Origin: Octopus sinensis
Lineage: Eukaryota
Length of the DNA stretch: 25,255 nucleotides
Direction: 5' to 3'
Assembly: GCF_006345805.1 (NCBI RefSeq)
Contig: NW_021836113.1
Coordinates: 1-25,255 of the forward strand
Part shown: piece by piece, positions 24,605-25,255 of the stretch
Position numbering within the stretch: position 1 is the first letter of the stretch
Layout of the letters: every line of letters begins with the position of its first letter
Position numbers and translations under genes: made by a program
The notes under the pieces: model-generated
Seen by the model: only the letters and a program-made list of their open reading frames with translations
The model's database searches: none
What the model was told of the DNA's origin: nothing

Positions 24605-25255
24605 GCAGTTAGGCAATGAGATGTGCTGACTGAGAGGCACAAATACAGTAAATATCCTCCATCATTGTTGCTGAAAGCTGAAGAATTACCTCGACCAACG
24701 GAAATATTCCTATTTAATTTAACGAAACCGACTGTTATTTTTTACAAAAAAGTTGTGGCTAAATGCATTATGTCTATACGAGCAAAAGATAATTTGTAAC
24801 CCACAGTTTCTTTCTTTGCAATCTACAATGTATATATAGAGGTATATGCCAGTAAGAGACTCTGATATGCCTCTTTTTACTGTTGATAAATATCTACAGC
24901 GAAATAACCTACACTGAAACAACTGTGGTAAATGACAATATTTTCACCTGATATAGAGAAAGGTTTTGAGTAAATGAAATATTCATACTTGGCAGTTTAA
25001 GGTTGGGAATCTGCTATCCAAACGAAAACTATCCTCAGTTGTAGTCTCTCCACCACGCATGATCCACAGAATTAGTACTACAAATATCTATACATTTAGG
25101 AAAACATTATTGCAGGTAGGGGCAACGTATTTCGTTATACAACCATAAATATATACAACAAAGTATATTAAACGTCAAAGAATATAAAACGTCATTGTTT
25201 GCATAATGCGATCGTATTGTTTACATACTGTGTCGATTGTATTGTTTACATTATA

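Overview
This is AT-rich eukaryotic DNA saturated with microsatellites and retroposons. The repeat families and the density of (TA)n/(GATA)n/(ATT)n point to a coleoid cephalopod such as Octopus; this is an inference from recalled repeat families, not a database result. I found no recognisable intact gene, RNA gene or CRISPR array, and almost all ORFs in the track are microsatellite translations or antisense SINE reads. Supported content: (1) about 14 copies or fragments of one tRNA-derived SINE with a common head and core but three different 3' tails, three copies having clear target-site duplications (TSDs); (2) two other tRNA-derived SINE families; (3) three minus-strand 3' fragments of a Tx1/L1-like LINE, each abutting GATA units; (4) three minus-strand 3' fragments of R4/Dong-like restriction-endonuclease LINEs and two copies of an unclassified ~550-bp element, stacked in (ATT/AAT)n tracts at 14.0-17.4 kb. 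The best leads are a 42-nt 3' tail shared between the SINE and the Tx1-like LINE (36/42 identical), apparent (GATA)n targeting by that LINE, and several short + strand exon candidates including a 12-nt microexon-like unit. The exon calls are tentative.
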